Source: Eubacteriales bacterium (GTDB taxonomy: Bacteria > Bacillota > Clostridia > Oscillospirales > CAG-272). From it: DNA of 64,000 bases. Positions 51,673 to 62,095 of the stretch are shown in pieces. Within the stretch, counting starts at the first letter, position 1. Every line of letters starts with the position of its first letter. Location: assembly GCA_045652135.1 (NCBI GenBank), contig JAZRTS010000155.1, forward strand, positions 1,765-65,764. Direction: 5' to 3'. The notes under the pieces are model-generated. The model worked only from the letters and a program-made list of their open reading frames with translations. It was not told where the DNA came from and did not search any database. Position numbers and translations under genes: made by a program.

Positions 51673-52197
51673 ATGACAGCGGAAAAACATGCACTTGTAA
51701 ATAAAATTGCGGATGTGCCGTCTGTTCAAAGCGGTATATCCCTTGCCCCGGAAAATTTAAAAGGACTTAAAATAAAAGAAAAAACATTTACAAAAACGGT
51801 CAGATCGAAAACGCCGATGCCGGTCGGTACTATGTTTACAGCGGTCATCTGCGCACTTTTGCTCATGTTCATCGTTTTCGTCGGCGTGCAGGTGAGCGAT
51901 TATTCTTCGCAGGTGTCCGAGCTCAGCCGCGAGCTTAAAGGACTTATCGAAGAGGAAGAAAAGCTGAATTTTGAACTGGCTGAGAAAAATGACCTCAACT
52001 ATATAGAACAGCAGGCGCAGGCAATGGGAATGGTAAAGGAAGATAAGCTTCCGAAAAAATATGTTGCCATAGCAGGTGAGGATGCATCCGAGGTGCTTAT
52101 TGCCGAAAAAGAAGAGGATGCAGGTTATTCTCTGTCGGGAATTTTATCTGCCCTTGGTGAAAGTTTCGGAGAAATTCTGGAATACATAAAGGACTAA
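51673..52197 (+). CDS. ftsL: FtsL-like cell division protein (bitopic, coiled-coil)
   Basis: Position between rsmH and the PBP gene. Single TM (MFTAVICALLLMFIVFVGV) followed by a coiled-coil LSRELKGLIEEEEKLNFEL. Confidence 0.7.
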   Translation: MTAEKHALVNKIADVPSVQSGISLAPENLKGLKIKEKTFTKTVRSKTPMPVGTMFTAVICALLLMFIVFVGVQVSDYSSQVSELSRELKGLIEEEEKLNFELAEKNDLNYIEQQAQAMGMVKEDKLPKKYVAIAGEDASEVLIAEKEEDAGYSLSGILSALGESFGEILEYIKD

Positions 52198-52209
52198 AGG
52201 AATATATTT

Positions 52210-54498
52210 ATACGGTATAACAGATATTCGAAAGGGTGCTTTTACATAAATAACAATATCAAGCCGAAAAGGGTAAGCTGGCAGGACAGAACGCTTATAT
52301 TTATCCTTGTTGCGGCATTAATAGTAATAAGCGGCAGGCTTTTTTATCTGCAGATATGGAGCTATAGCGATTATCAGAAGAAAGCTGCCGAAAATATAAC
52401 ACGCGAAACATCCGTGTCAGCTTCAAGAGGCCGAATTTATGACAGAAACGGCATTATTCTTGCCGATAACAACACGGTTGAACGCGTGTTTATTTCGCCT
52501 GCGGACATTGACGGAAATGCTGAAAGAAGACTGATTGCAGAAAATCTTTCACGTATACTTGACGTTGATTACGATATGGTATATGAAAAGGGCGGTCTTG
52601 TAAAGCGTAAGGACGAAACGATAAAAAAAGGTGTCGGAAAAGAAGAAGCGGATATGGTCCGCGCTTTTATTGCCGAGTATAAGCTCGACTGCGTGCATCT
52701 TGTAACAGGGACTGAACGGTATTATCCTTACGGAAATCTGCTCTCGCACGTATTAGGCTTTACAGGCACCGACGGACAGGGACTTTACGGAGTTGAATAT
52801 CAGTACGACAAATATCTGACGGGAACAGCAGGCAAAATAGTAACTGCTAAAAACGGACTCGGTCTTGATATGCCGTATAAATATGAAAGCTATGTTAAGG
52901 CTGTTGATGGCTGTGACCTTGTGCTTACTATCGATTACAATGTGCAGTGCATACTTGAAAAATATCTCGAAGAAGCGCTTGAAGCCTCCGACGCGCAAAA
53001 CCGCGTAACGGGAATTATTATGGATCCCGATACGGGTGACATACTCGCGATGGCAACAAAGCCTGACTTTAATTGCAATGAACCTAACGTACTCGACGCC
53101 GCTTCACAGCTAAAGCTTGATAAGAGCGGTTACGAGGTCGGAAGCGAGGATTACAATATCCTTAAAAGACAGCTTCTCGGCGTGATGTGGTCAAACAAAG
53201 CAATAAACGACCTTTACGAACCTGGCTCTACGTTTAAAATAGCGACCTGCAGTATGGCGCTTGAAGAAGATGTCGTAACGCAAAATACACCGTTTTATTG
53301 TCCCGGCTATCATATGGTAGAGGGGTACGGTAAGATCAAGTGTCACAAGGTCTATGGACATGGCGATTTGAATTTTGCAGCGGGACTTCAGAAATCGTGC
53401 AATCCCACGATGATGATAACTGCCGAAAAGCTCGGAGAGGAAACGTTTTACGATTATTTCGAATCGTTCGGATACAAAGAGCTGACGGGTATCGACTTGC
53501 CAGGTGAAGCTATGACGTACTGCCACAGCTTCAAAAATTTTCACCAGACTGAGCTTGCGGTATACTCCTTCGGTCAGACATTTAAAGTAACCGCAATAAG
53601 ACAGATAACGTCCGTTTCAAGTGTTGCGAACGGCGGAAATATAGTGGAACCGCGCGTTGTAAAGCAGATACTTGATGCAGACGGAAATATAGTTTCCGAT
53701 TTCAGAACGACTGTTAAACGTCAGGTTGTTTCATCGGGAACGAGTGAACAGATATGCGACATTCTTGAAAAAGGTGTTACGGGCGGAATAGGAGCGGCAA
53801 ACGCATACGTTGCGGGATATAAAGTCGGTGCTAAAACGGGAACGTCTGAAAAAAGAGATAAACCCGACGAACACGGTACGTTTACCCTGCGCGTAGGTTC
53901 GTGCTTTTCAGTAGCGCCTGCGGACGATCCGGAGGTAACGCTCATAGTTGTTGTTGATGAACCGAATACTGATATAAGCCGTACGGAAGGCTCTATAGTT
54001 GCTGCTCCGTATAACAGTAAGATACTTGCCGAGGTGCTTCCGTACCTTGGTGTTGAACCCGAATATTCAGGCGCGGACGCCGATAACAAGCAGACGGTCG
54101 TCAGCAGTTACGTCGGTGCGGACGTTAACACGGCAAAGAGTAAGCTTGAATCACTCGGTTATGAAGTCGTTGTAAAAGGCGACGGAAAGACAGTTGTTTC
54201 TCAAATGCCGAAAGCAGGCGACACACTTGTTATAAAAAGCGGAAAGATGATACTTTATACGTCGTCATCAGAACAGGAAAAAACGGTAAAAGTTCCCGAC
54301 GTTATAGGAAAGTCGCCGCTTGAAGCGAATAAGCTCGTCATTGATTCGGGACTTAATATAAGCGTCGGCGGTGCAGTTGCAACGAAAACGTCGTATGCAG
54401 TGAAGCAATATCCCGAAGCGGGAAGCATTGTTCCCGAAGGAACTGTCGTGACCATAGAATTTATGTATATGGATGAGATAATCGGAAACACCGACTGA
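52210..54498 (+). CDS. Class B penicillin-binding protein (FtsI/SpoVD/PBP2B type) with two C-terminal PASTA domains; start codon non-canonical or unresolved
   Basis: Transpeptidase motifs STFK, SCN, KTGT. PBP dimerisation domain. The TM anchor RTLIFILVAALIVISGRLFYLQIW is encoded upstream of the first canonical start (GTG 52414). The ORF is open back to the ftsL stop at 52195-52197. Confidence 0.85.
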   Translation: MRYNRYSKGCFYINNNIKPKRVSWQDRTLIFILVAALIVISGRLFYLQIWSYSDYQKKAAENITRETSVSASRGRIYDRNGIILADNNTVERVFISPADIDGNAERRLIAENLSRILDVDYDMVYEKGGLVKRKDETIKKGVGKEEADMVRAFIAEYKLDCVHLVTGTERYYPYGNLLSHVLGFTGTDGQGLYGVEYQYDKYLTGTAGKIVTAKNGLGLDMPYKYESYVKAVDGCDLVLTIDYNVQCILEKYLEEALEASDAQNRVTGIIMDPDTGDILAMATKPDFNCNEPNVLDAASQLKLDKSGYEVGSEDYNILKRQLLGVMWSNKAINDLYEPGSTFKIATCSMALEEDVVTQNTPFYCPGYHMVEGYGKIKCHKVYGHGDLNFAAGLQKSCNPTMMITAEKLGEETFYDYFESFGYKELTGIDLPGEAMTYCHSFKNFHQTELAVYSFGQTFKVTAIRQITSVSSVANGGNIVEPRVVKQILDADGNIVSDFRTTVKRQVVSSGTSEQICDILEKGVTGGIGAANAYVAGYKVGAKTGTSEKRDKPDEHGTFTLRVGSCFSVAPADDPEVTLIVVVDEPNTDISRTEGSIVAAPYNSKILAEVLPYLGVEPEYSGADADNKQTVVSSYVGADVNTAKSKLESLGYEVVVKGDGKTVVSQMPKAGDTLVIKSGKMILYTSSSEQEKTVKVPDVIGKSPLEANKLVIDSGLNISVGGAVATKTSYAVKQYPEAGSIVPEGTVVTIEFMYMDEIIGNTD

Positions 54499-54535
54499 AA
54501 ATATGAGGAAGTTTAAAGATATTTACTGAAAACGG

Positions 54536-56023
54536 GTGATATTTATTAAACTTTCCGAGGTTCTTGGCGGTGTTTGCATAATCCGTGCAAGCGAAAATCT
54601 CTTTTCCGCCGAAATAAACGAAGTAAAAGATAATTCAAACGATGTAAGACGCGGTGACCTTTTTATCGCACTCGGCGGTACGTCGCACGACGGATTTGAT
54701 TATATAGCAAAAGCAATATCAAACGGCGCGTCAGCTGTTGTGTACGAAAGCAGAAAAAGAAGCTTTGTGTGTGATGTTGGCGGTGTGTGCTTTGTCGAAA
54801 CAAACAATGCGCGACGCGCGTGCGCCGTTATAATGAGCAATTACTATTCCTCGCCTGAAAGATACCTGCGCCTTGTCGGTGTCACGGGAACAAACGGAAA
54901 AACGACCGTTTGCCGAATGGTAAAGCATATACTTGAAAATAACGGAATAAAATGCGGTATTATAGGAACGCTCGGAAACGGCGTGGGTGATGAGATAGAA
55001 CCGTCAGCGATGACGACACCGCCACCGAGTGAGTTTTACCGCTTGTTAGACCTATACAGAAAAAAAGATGCTAAGGTCGTTGTCAGCGAGGTGTCCTCGC
55101 ATGCATTGAAGCAGGACAGAGTGGCTTCGTGTATGTTTGACGTCGGCGCGCTTACGAACATAAGTGCGGATCATATGGATTTTCACAGGACGGCAGAGGA
55201 TTATATATCGTCAAAATGTAAGCTTTTTACACAAAGTAAAGTTTCCGTTTTGAATGGCGATGATCCGTCGTCGTCAGTCATAGCAAAACGAACGCGCGGA
55301 AAAAAGAGATTTTATTCCGAAAAGGGAAATACCGATATCGTTCTATCGGGTATCTGTGATAACGGTATAAACGGTACGGGATTTGATTATTTTGGAAAAA
55401 AATATGCAAAAGTCAGGCTGTTTTTGCCCGGCAGATACAATGTGCACAATGCTGCGTGCGCCATCGGCATTTGTGAGGAGTTTGGAATAGATGCTACGGA
55501 TTCCGCTTTGGCGCTTGAAGGTTTACACGCTATAAAAGGCAGGTGCGAGGTACTTGACCTTTCGGAATTTGATGTCGGTTTTTCTGTTGTCATCGACTTT
55601 GCTCATACACCCGATGCGCTTCTGAATATTTTGAATACTTGCCGTTCATTCACTTCGAAAAGACTTATTGCAGTGTTTGGATGCGGCGGTGACAGAGATA
55701 AAACGAAGCGACCTGAGATGGGGAGAATATCGTCACGTACAGCCGATTTTACAGTGGTAACGTCGGATAATCCGCGTACTGAGGAGCCCGAAAAAATAAT
55801 TTCCGATATATTAAGGGGAATTGATAAAACGTCGAGATTCAAGGTAATTGTCAACAGAACAGAGGCAATAAGATATTCTCTTGATATCGCGGATGACGGT
55901 GATGTTATAGTGCTGGCGGGAAAAGGACACGAAGAATACGAAATAAATCAAAATGGTAAAATACCTTACAGTGAAAAGGATATAGTTTTCGGATATCTGA
56001 AAGGTGAAATGTCTGAAGGATAA
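54536..56023 (+). CDS. murE: UDP-N-acetylmuramoyl-L-alanyl-D-glutamate--2,6-diaminopimelate ligase MurE
   Basis: GVTGTNGKTT P-loop. DNPR motif (SDNPRTEEP) indicating meso-DAP specificity. Exact start uncertain. Confidence 0.92.
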   Translation: MIFIKLSEVLGGVCIIRASENLFSAEINEVKDNSNDVRRGDLFIALGGTSHDGFDYIAKAISNGASAVVYESRKRSFVCDVGGVCFVETNNARRACAVIMSNYYSSPERYLRLVGVTGTNGKTTVCRMVKHILENNGIKCGIIGTLGNGVGDEIEPSAMTTPPPSEFYRLLDLYRKKDAKVVVSEVSSHALKQDRVASCMFDVGALTNISADHMDFHRTAEDYISSKCKLFTQSKVSVLNGDDPSSSVIAKRTRGKKRFYSEKGNTDIVLSGICDNGINGTGFDYFGKKYAKVRLFLPGRYNVHNAACAIGICEEFGIDATDSALALEGLHAIKGRCEVLDLSEFDVGFSVVIDFAHTPDALLNILNTCRSFTSKRLIAVFGCGGDRDKTKRPEMGRISSRTADFTVVTSDNPRTEEPEKIISDILRGIDKTSRFKVIVNRTEAIRYSLDIADDGDVIVLAGKGHEEYEINQNGKIPYSEKDIVFGYLKGEMSEG

Positions 56024-56026
56024 ATT

Positions 56027-57442
56027 ATGAAAAAGAAAGTGCTGTTTAAACTAAGCGAGGCGGCAAAGTGGTGCTCAGGCACACTCGTCGGAGAAGACTG
56101 CGACGTATGCTCAGCCGAGATAGATTCAAGAAAAATAACGAGTGGAGAGGGTATTATGTTTGTCGCGCTCAAGGGCGACAACACCGACGGACACAATTAT
56201 ATTGCCAAAGCCGTTGAAAACGGTGCCGCTTGTGTTCTTTGCCAAAGAGATGCCCTCGGTAATGCGCTTGTGGTTGAGGATACACTCAAGGCACTCGGAG
56301 ATATAGCAAAGGGATTTAAAAACAAAATAGAAACCTTAGAGAAAACGTTTGCCGTAACAGGAAGTGTGGGAAAAACCACCACTAAGGAATTTATGGCATC
56401 TGTTTTCGGAACAACATATAAAACACACAAAACCGACGGAAATTTCAACAGCGTTATAGGTCTGCCTTTGACGGTGTTTGATATGGAGAACGATGTAGAA
56501 GCGGCTGTTTTTGAAATGGGTATGAGCTCATTCGGGGAAATTGCGGCAATGGTAGATATTGCATATCCCGACGGAGCGATTATAACAAATATCGGAACGT
56601 CGCATATGGAAATGCTCGGAAGTCGCGAAAATATACTCCGCGCAAAGCTTGAGATAACAAAGAATTTTACAAGCGAAAGCGTTCTTGTTTTAAACGGTGA
56701 TGACCCGTATTTGTGGGGAGAACACGAAAAAAGTGTCGGATACAGACGCATATATTCGGCAATTTTCAACGAAGAAGCGGATTTTATCGGCAAAAATGTT
56801 ACCTTTTCCGATAGCGGACTTTGCTATGATATTTACATAAAAGCAGAGGGCCGAACCGTCAATGACATAAAAATTCCCGCAATAGGAATGCATAATGTCT
56901 ATAATTCGCTTTTAGTCTTTGCTCTTGCGTATAAGTTCGGAATTGATGAGGAAAGTATCAAAAAAGGTCTTTTGAATTACAAAACGACAGGTATGCGTCA
57001 GAAGATATATTCGGTTGCGGATTATACTGTCATTGCAGACTGCTATAACGCTTCCCCCGAATCGATGAAAGCGTCATGTAATACGCTTGCTGAACTTGCA
57101 AAAGAACGGAAAGTGTACTCTCATGCAGTTTTAGGTGAGATGAGAGAACTGGGGGCGGCATCCGCCTCGCTTCACAGAGAAGCAGGAGCCGAAGCGTACC
57201 GGGCAGGTGTTGACCACCTTTACACGTGGGGCACAAACGCGGGACGAATTGCCGAGGGAGCTGTTGAAGCAGGTATGCCTGCCGAGTGCGTACACACGTT
57301 TTCCGACGGAAGCTCATACGAGGAGCTTACGAGGACTTTACGCGGAAATCTTTCGCAAGGCGATGTTATCATGTTCAAAGCCAGCCGTGCTGTAAAGCTT
57401 GAAGAAGCAATAGAAAATTTTGAAGGATCTTTTAAAGAGTGA
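56027..57442 (+). CDS. murF: UDP-N-acetylmuramoyl-tripeptide--D-alanyl-D-alanine ligase MurF
   Basis: VTGSVGKTTTKE P-loop, Mur ligase middle and C-terminal domains, position after murE. Confidence 0.92.
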   Translation: MKKKVLFKLSEAAKWCSGTLVGEDCDVCSAEIDSRKITSGEGIMFVALKGDNTDGHNYIAKAVENGAACVLCQRDALGNALVVEDTLKALGDIAKGFKNKIETLEKTFAVTGSVGKTTTKEFMASVFGTTYKTHKTDGNFNSVIGLPLTVFDMENDVEAAVFEMGMSSFGEIAAMVDIAYPDGAIITNIGTSHMEMLGSRENILRAKLEITKNFTSESVLVLNGDDPYLWGEHEKSVGYRRIYSAIFNEEADFIGKNVTFSDSGLCYDIYIKAEGRTVNDIKIPAIGMHNVYNSLLVFALAYKFGIDEESIKKGLLNYKTTGMRQKIYSVADYTVIADCYNASPESMKASCNTLAELAKERKVYSHAVLGEMRELGAASASLHREAGAEAYRAGVDHLYTWGTNAGRIAEGAVEAGMPAECVHTFSDGSSYEELTRTLRGNLSQGDVIMFKASRAVKLEEAIENFEGSFKE

Positions 57443-57447
57443 ACGTT

Positions 57448-58446
57448 ATGTCTTCGCAAACAATATTTTTTATCGTATGTTTAGCATGCTCATTTTTGAT
57501 ATGCGCGTTTGCAACGCGTAAGCTTATTCCTGTTTTGAAAAGTCTCAAGATGGGACAAAAAATACTTGATATAGGCCCGCGCTGGCACAAGGGCAAAGAG
57601 GGAACACCCACAATGGGTGGGCTTGCAATGCTTATCGCAACGTTTATCACCGGTTCAGGAGCTGCAATCTACTGTATATATAACGGTGGGATTGCGCCCA
57701 ACGTTAAAATGATATGTACCGTCGTTATGGCGCTTCTTTACGGTGCTATCGGAATAATAGACGACAGAGTAAAGCTTCTTAAAAAACAGAACGAGGGGCT
57801 GACGGCAAAGCAGAAATATCTTTTACAGCTCGTTATTGCAGGACTTTATCTCGTTGTACTCACACTTACGGATAACCTTTCAACGGTACTTCACATACCG
57901 TTTACGTCGTTTGACCTTGATCTCGGATATTTTTACTACGTATTTGCTTTGATACTCATAACGGGTATCGTCAACGCCGCAAACCTCACGGACGGTATTG
58001 ACGGTCTTGCTTCAACCGTTACGCTTATAATCGGAGGTTCTTTTGCCGCTTTAGCTTCAAAAATAGGCGAAAGCGCAACAGATGTTTCCGCACTTTCGGG
58101 AATACTTATGGGCGTTTGCCTCGGCTTTTTGGTCTACAATGCGTATCCAGCGAAGATATTTATGGGTGATACGGGTTCGCTTTTCCTCGGAGGTCTCGTT
58201 TCAGGTCTTGCGTTTATGATAGATGAACCGCTTATCGTGGTGCTTTGCGGACTTGTATATATAATCGAGGCTTGCAGTGTTATCATACAGGTTGGTTACT
58301 TCAAGCTTACGGGCGGAAAACGTTTCTTCAAAATGGCTCCGATACATCACCATTTTGAAATGTGCGGTTTTTCCGAAATTAAAATTTGTGTTACATTCGG
58401 AGCTGCAACGGCGCTTTGCTCGGTTCTCGCATACTTCGCCGTCTGA
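57448..58446 (+). CDS. mraY: Phospho-N-acetylmuramoyl-pentapeptide transferase MraY
   Basis: GTPTMGG, NAANLTDGIDGLA, FMGDTGSLFLGG, APIHHHFE motifs. ATG 57448 preferred over the GTG at 57439. Confidence 0.93.
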   Translation: MSSQTIFFIVCLACSFLICAFATRKLIPVLKSLKMGQKILDIGPRWHKGKEGTPTMGGLAMLIATFITGSGAAIYCIYNGGIAPNVKMICTVVMALLYGAIGIIDDRVKLLKKQNEGLTAKQKYLLQLVIAGLYLVVLTLTDNLSTVLHIPFTSFDLDLGYFYYVFALILITGIVNAANLTDGIDGLASTVTLIIGGSFAALASKIGESATDVSALSGILMGVCLGFLVYNAYPAKIFMGDTGSLFLGGLVSGLAFMIDEPLIVVLCGLVYIIEACSVIIQVGYFKLTGGKRFFKMAPIHHHFEMCGFSEIKICVTFGAATALCSVLAYFAV

Positions 58447-58467
58447 TCTTATTAAGGGGGTATTGTT

Positions 58468-59814
58468 ATGGATGAAAAAGAAAAAAGAGATATTGCCCCC
58501 GTGTCTGAAAGAAAAAAAGAAACGGCTTCGTTTTCAGCGCAAAGAAAAAAAAGCGACTATGCAATAAGCCGTGACATCGTTCAAGGCGGTAAGCTTACTG
58601 TGTCGAAAGAGCGCGGAAAGCTCCGCGCAGAGAGAACGGTCAACCGTATAAAGACGGGATTTGACCGACCGCTTCTCGTCATAATCCTTATTTTGCTTCT
58701 GTTCGGAACGGTTATGGTTTTTTCAGCCAGCTATGCATGGGCGCAGAATGACTACGGCGACAGTTTCTATTGGGTGAAAAAGCATGTAATGTGGGTTGGT
58801 ATCGGCGTTGGTATGATGCTTCTCATAATGCAAGTGGATTACCGATTTTTTCGACTGATGTCACCTGCCGCATTCGGTGGTGTTTTCATACTTCTGTGCC
58901 TTGTTCCTATAATAGGAAAAACGGTAAACGGCGCCAAAAGATGGATAGTCATAGGCCCTTTGCAAATACAGCCTACGGAGCTTATGAAGGTTGCGCTTGT
59001 TTTAATGCTGTCGTGGTATATTTCGAAATATGTCGTTGCCGCACGCGATCTTGATTTACTTACGGTAAAGGAAAAAAAGAAAGCGGTTCTTAAACGTTCG
59101 CTTAAAGAATATTTGCCCGTTTTCGTAAGAGAAGTTCTGATACCGTTCGGTATAATCGGCGTTGTCTGTCTTGTTACGCTTGTCGAAAAGCATATGTCCG
59201 GTACGATAATTCTGTTTTCGATCGGTATGGTCGTAATTTTTATCGGCAAGGTATCGGCACGTTGGATAGGCGCGCTTGTCGCCGTAGGTGCTGTCGGCGC
59301 TGTTGTTATGATAACGTCCGTAGGTTATACGAGCGACCGTATTATGGCTTGGCTTGATCCGTTCAAATATGAGCTTGACGAGGGCTGGCAGATAGTGCAA
59401 AGTCTTTATGCAATATCATCAGGCGGACTTTTCGGCGTAGGACTCGGAAATTCAACGCAAAAGCATATGTACCTTCCCGAACCGCAGAACGACTACATAT
59501 TTGCAATTATATGCGAGGAGCTCGGTTTTATAGGAGCACTTCTTATGTTCCTTCTGTTCGGTATACTTATATGGCGAGGTGTCGCTGTTTCAAGACGTGC
59601 ACCCGACAGCTTTTCAAAACTTGTGGCAATGGGTATAACGGGCAAGGTTGCCATACAGACGATACTCAACGTTTTTGTTGTAACAAATCTTTTCCCTCCT
59701 ACGGGAATTTCTCTGCCGTTCTTTTCCTACGGCGGTACAGCGCTTATATTCCTGCTTTGCGAAATGGGAATATTGCTGTCTATTTCAAGATATTCATACC
59801 AGAATAAGGTGTAA
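58468..59814 (+). CDS. ftsW: SEDS-family peptidoglycan polymerase FtsW/SpoVE with a ~75-aa basic N-terminal extension
   Basis: GAKRWI, QPTELMK, LPEPQNDYIFAIICEELG, PTGISLPFFSYGGTA motifs. Confidence 0.9.
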   Translation: MDEKEKRDIAPVSERKKETASFSAQRKKSDYAISRDIVQGGKLTVSKERGKLRAERTVNRIKTGFDRPLLVIILILLLFGTVMVFSASYAWAQNDYGDSFYWVKKHVMWVGIGVGMMLLIMQVDYRFFRLMSPAAFGGVFILLCLVPIIGKTVNGAKRWIVIGPLQIQPTELMKVALVLMLSWYISKYVVAARDLDLLTVKEKKKAVLKRSLKEYLPVFVREVLIPFGIIGVVCLVTLVEKHMSGTIILFSIGMVVIFIGKVSARWIGALVAVGAVGAVVMITSVGYTSDRIMAWLDPFKYELDEGWQIVQSLYAISSGGLFGVGLGNSTQKHMYLPEPQNDYIFAIICEELGFIGALLMFLLFGILIWRGVAVSRRAPDSFSKLVAMGITGKVAIQTILNVFVVTNLFPPTGISLPFFSYGGTALIFLLCEMGILLSISRYSYQNKV

Positions 59815-59819
59815 TCGCA

Positions 59820-60938
59820 ATGAAAATATTATTTACGGGCGGCGGTACGGGCGGTCACGTTAATCCCGCGCTTGCAATTGCCGAAACGGTGAAAAAACAT
59901 AACCCCGAATGTGAAATAGCATTTGTCGGAACGCCTGCGGGGATAGAAAATAAACTTGTCGGCAAAGCAGGTTATAAAATTCATCACATTAACATACAAG
60001 GCCTTAAAAGAAAGCTCACATTGAAAAATATTAAAACGCTTTATCTTACGGTTACGAGCGTTTCAAAGGCGAAAAAACTTCTTAAAAAAGAAAAACCCGA
60101 TGCTGTTGTCGGTACGGGAGGATACGTCTGCTATCCGCTTGTGAAGGCGGCAGCGAAGCTGAAAATACCCACGGCTGTACACGAATCAAACGCAATACCC
60201 GGCGTTGCCATAAAAATGCTGGCACCTTATGTGGACGTTATTTTTACAGATTTTGAAAAGACGAAAGAATACATAAAAGAACAGTACAGACACAAAATCA
60301 TTCATGTTGGTAATCCGTTTTTTGAAAACGGAGAGAAACAAGATTATGCAAGCGCAAGAAAGAAGCTTGGAATCGACGGAGAATTCAAGTACAGCGTGCT
60401 TGTATACGGCGGATCGCTTGGGGCAGCAAACATAAACTCAAACGTTGTTAAGTGGGCTGAAAAATATCTGAAGGCTCACGGTGACGTAAAGCTTACTCAC
60501 GCAACGGGTGCTGCGGGATATGAAAAAACGAAGGCGGAGTATGAAGCGGCAGGATTTATAAACGATCCTTCTGCGGAAATACTTGAATATATATACGATA
60601 TGCCGTGCCGCATGGCGGCGGCTGACGTTATCGTGTGCAGAGCAGGTGCGATGACACTGTCAGAGCTTGCTTTGACGGGAAAGCCCGCTGTGCTCGTGCC
60701 TTATCCGTATGCTGCGGAAAACCATCAGTATAAGAATGCAAAGGTGTTGTCTGACGGAGGTGCGGCGATACTTATTGCCGACAGCGAGCTTACCGAAGAC
60801 AAAATAGAAAGTGCAATAAATAAGATACTGTATACCGAAAACACGGCAGAGGATATGGCGAAGAATATTAAAAAATTCGCAATGCCCGATGCAAACGAAG
60901 ATATATACCGAAAGCTTATTGAGCTTATCAAAAAATAA
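59820..60938 (+). CDS. murG: Undecaprenyldiphospho-muramoylpentapeptide beta-N-acetylglucosaminyltransferase MurG
   Basis: ILFTGGGTGGHVNPALA, CRAGAMTLSELALTGKPAVLVPYP, QYKNA. Confidence 0.93.
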   Translation: MKILFTGGGTGGHVNPALAIAETVKKHNPECEIAFVGTPAGIENKLVGKAGYKIHHINIQGLKRKLTLKNIKTLYLTVTSVSKAKKLLKKEKPDAVVGTGGYVCYPLVKAAAKLKIPTAVHESNAIPGVAIKMLAPYVDVIFTDFEKTKEYIKEQYRHKIIHVGNPFFENGEKQDYASARKKLGIDGEFKYSVLVYGGSLGAANINSNVVKWAEKYLKAHGDVKLTHATGAAGYEKTKAEYEAAGFINDPSAEILEYIYDMPCRMAAADVIVCRAGAMTLSELALTGKPAVLVPYPYAAENHQYKNAKVLSDGGAAILIADSELTEDKIESAINKILYTENTAEDMAKNIKKFAMPDANEDIYRKLIELIKK

Positions 60939-60959
60939 GATGAATGGGAGGGGACGAAT

Positions 60960-61862
60960 ATGGATAAGAAAAAACACGGACCGTATGAATTTAAAGACGG
61001 TAGAATAATTAAACGAACAGAAGAATCAGAGCCCCTCACACCGAGCCGAATGTTTATTGAAGGTCTCGTCAAGGAGGAGGACGAGGCTGACAACGCGGAA
61101 GCGCTTGAAAATGCGAAAACGAATTTCGACAGGCGCCGTGCGCGTGAGATCACAGCAAGGGTATCGATAGTGTTTATAATAACCGCCTTTATGCTGTTTT
61201 TGCTCATAACATTCGGCTTCCAATTAAAAAATGTTAACGTATCGGGAATGACGGTTTATTCACCTGACGAAATAGCTGAATGGGTGAATGAAAACGCCGC
61301 CGATAACGTACTGCTTATGGGAACGTCTGACCTTGAGGACAAGCTGTCTGCAGCTTTCCCGAAGCTCAAAAACGTATCCGTTGAAAAGGATTTTCCGAAT
61401 GCCGTTACGGTAACGGCGGAGGATGATTCGCCTGTATATTATATAACGCTTGACGGTGAGCACTATATTTTGTCGGAAGATCTTAAGGTTATTTCAAGAA
61501 CAACAGACGTATCGCTTACCAAGGAACTTCTTGCTGTCGAGATCAAGGATATAAAAAAAGCGGTAACGGGTGATATTTTGGAATTTTATTATGATTATCA
61601 GTATGATTATATAAAGGACTTGCTTACCGATATAATTACGCACGATATATCGCACGGTGTAATATCTGTTGATGCTGACGATAAATTTGACATAAAGATA
61701 AATTATGATGGCAGATTTACAGTAATGATAGGTGTTGGCGAAAATGTAAAAACTAAGCTCACACTTGCCAAAGCGTATATCGACAGTCTTCCGGACGGGG
61801 AAAAAGGAATAATAGATTCGACAAGTACTGAAAAAGGATCGTATATTTCGCTTATGAAATAA
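60960..61862 (+). CDS. ftsQ: FtsQ/DivIB-type cell division protein (TM + POTRA)
   Basis: Position between murG and ftsZ. TM IVFIITAFMLFLLITFGF followed by a POTRA-like LKNVNVSGMTVYSPDEI. Confidence 0.7.
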   Translation: MDKKKHGPYEFKDGRIIKRTEESEPLTPSRMFIEGLVKEEDEADNAEALENAKTNFDRRRAREITARVSIVFIITAFMLFLLITFGFQLKNVNVSGMTVYSPDEIAEWVNENAADNVLLMGTSDLEDKLSAAFPKLKNVSVEKDFPNAVTVTAEDDSPVYYITLDGEHYILSEDLKVISRTTDVSLTKELLAVEIKDIKKAVTGDILEFYYDYQYDYIKDLLTDIITHDISHGVISVDADDKFDIKINYDGRFTVMIGVGENVKTKLTLAKAYIDSLPDGEKGIIDSTSTEKGSYISLMK

Positions 61863-61937
61863 TCTTTCGATTTATTCCGAATTTGCAAATAAATTTAATA
61901 TATTTTGTAAAAAGTGATATTTTTTCTGAATTTGATA

Positions 61938-61966
61938 TTGCATTTGAAAAGAAAAAATATTATTAT
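61938..61966 (+). promoter_or_regulatory. Possible ftsZ promoter
   Basis: TTGCAT (61938-61943), 17-nt spacer, TATTAT (61961-61966). Confidence 0.4.
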
Positions 61967-62095
61967 GAGGTGTATACATTAAAAAAGACACGGTGTGCTT
62001 TGCAAAAGGCGTACTGTATATTACTTGGGTGAGCGTTTTCCACTCTGCGAACGCCGCCGTTAAAAATCATACAGCGGGTGGAGAAGGAGTAAGAA

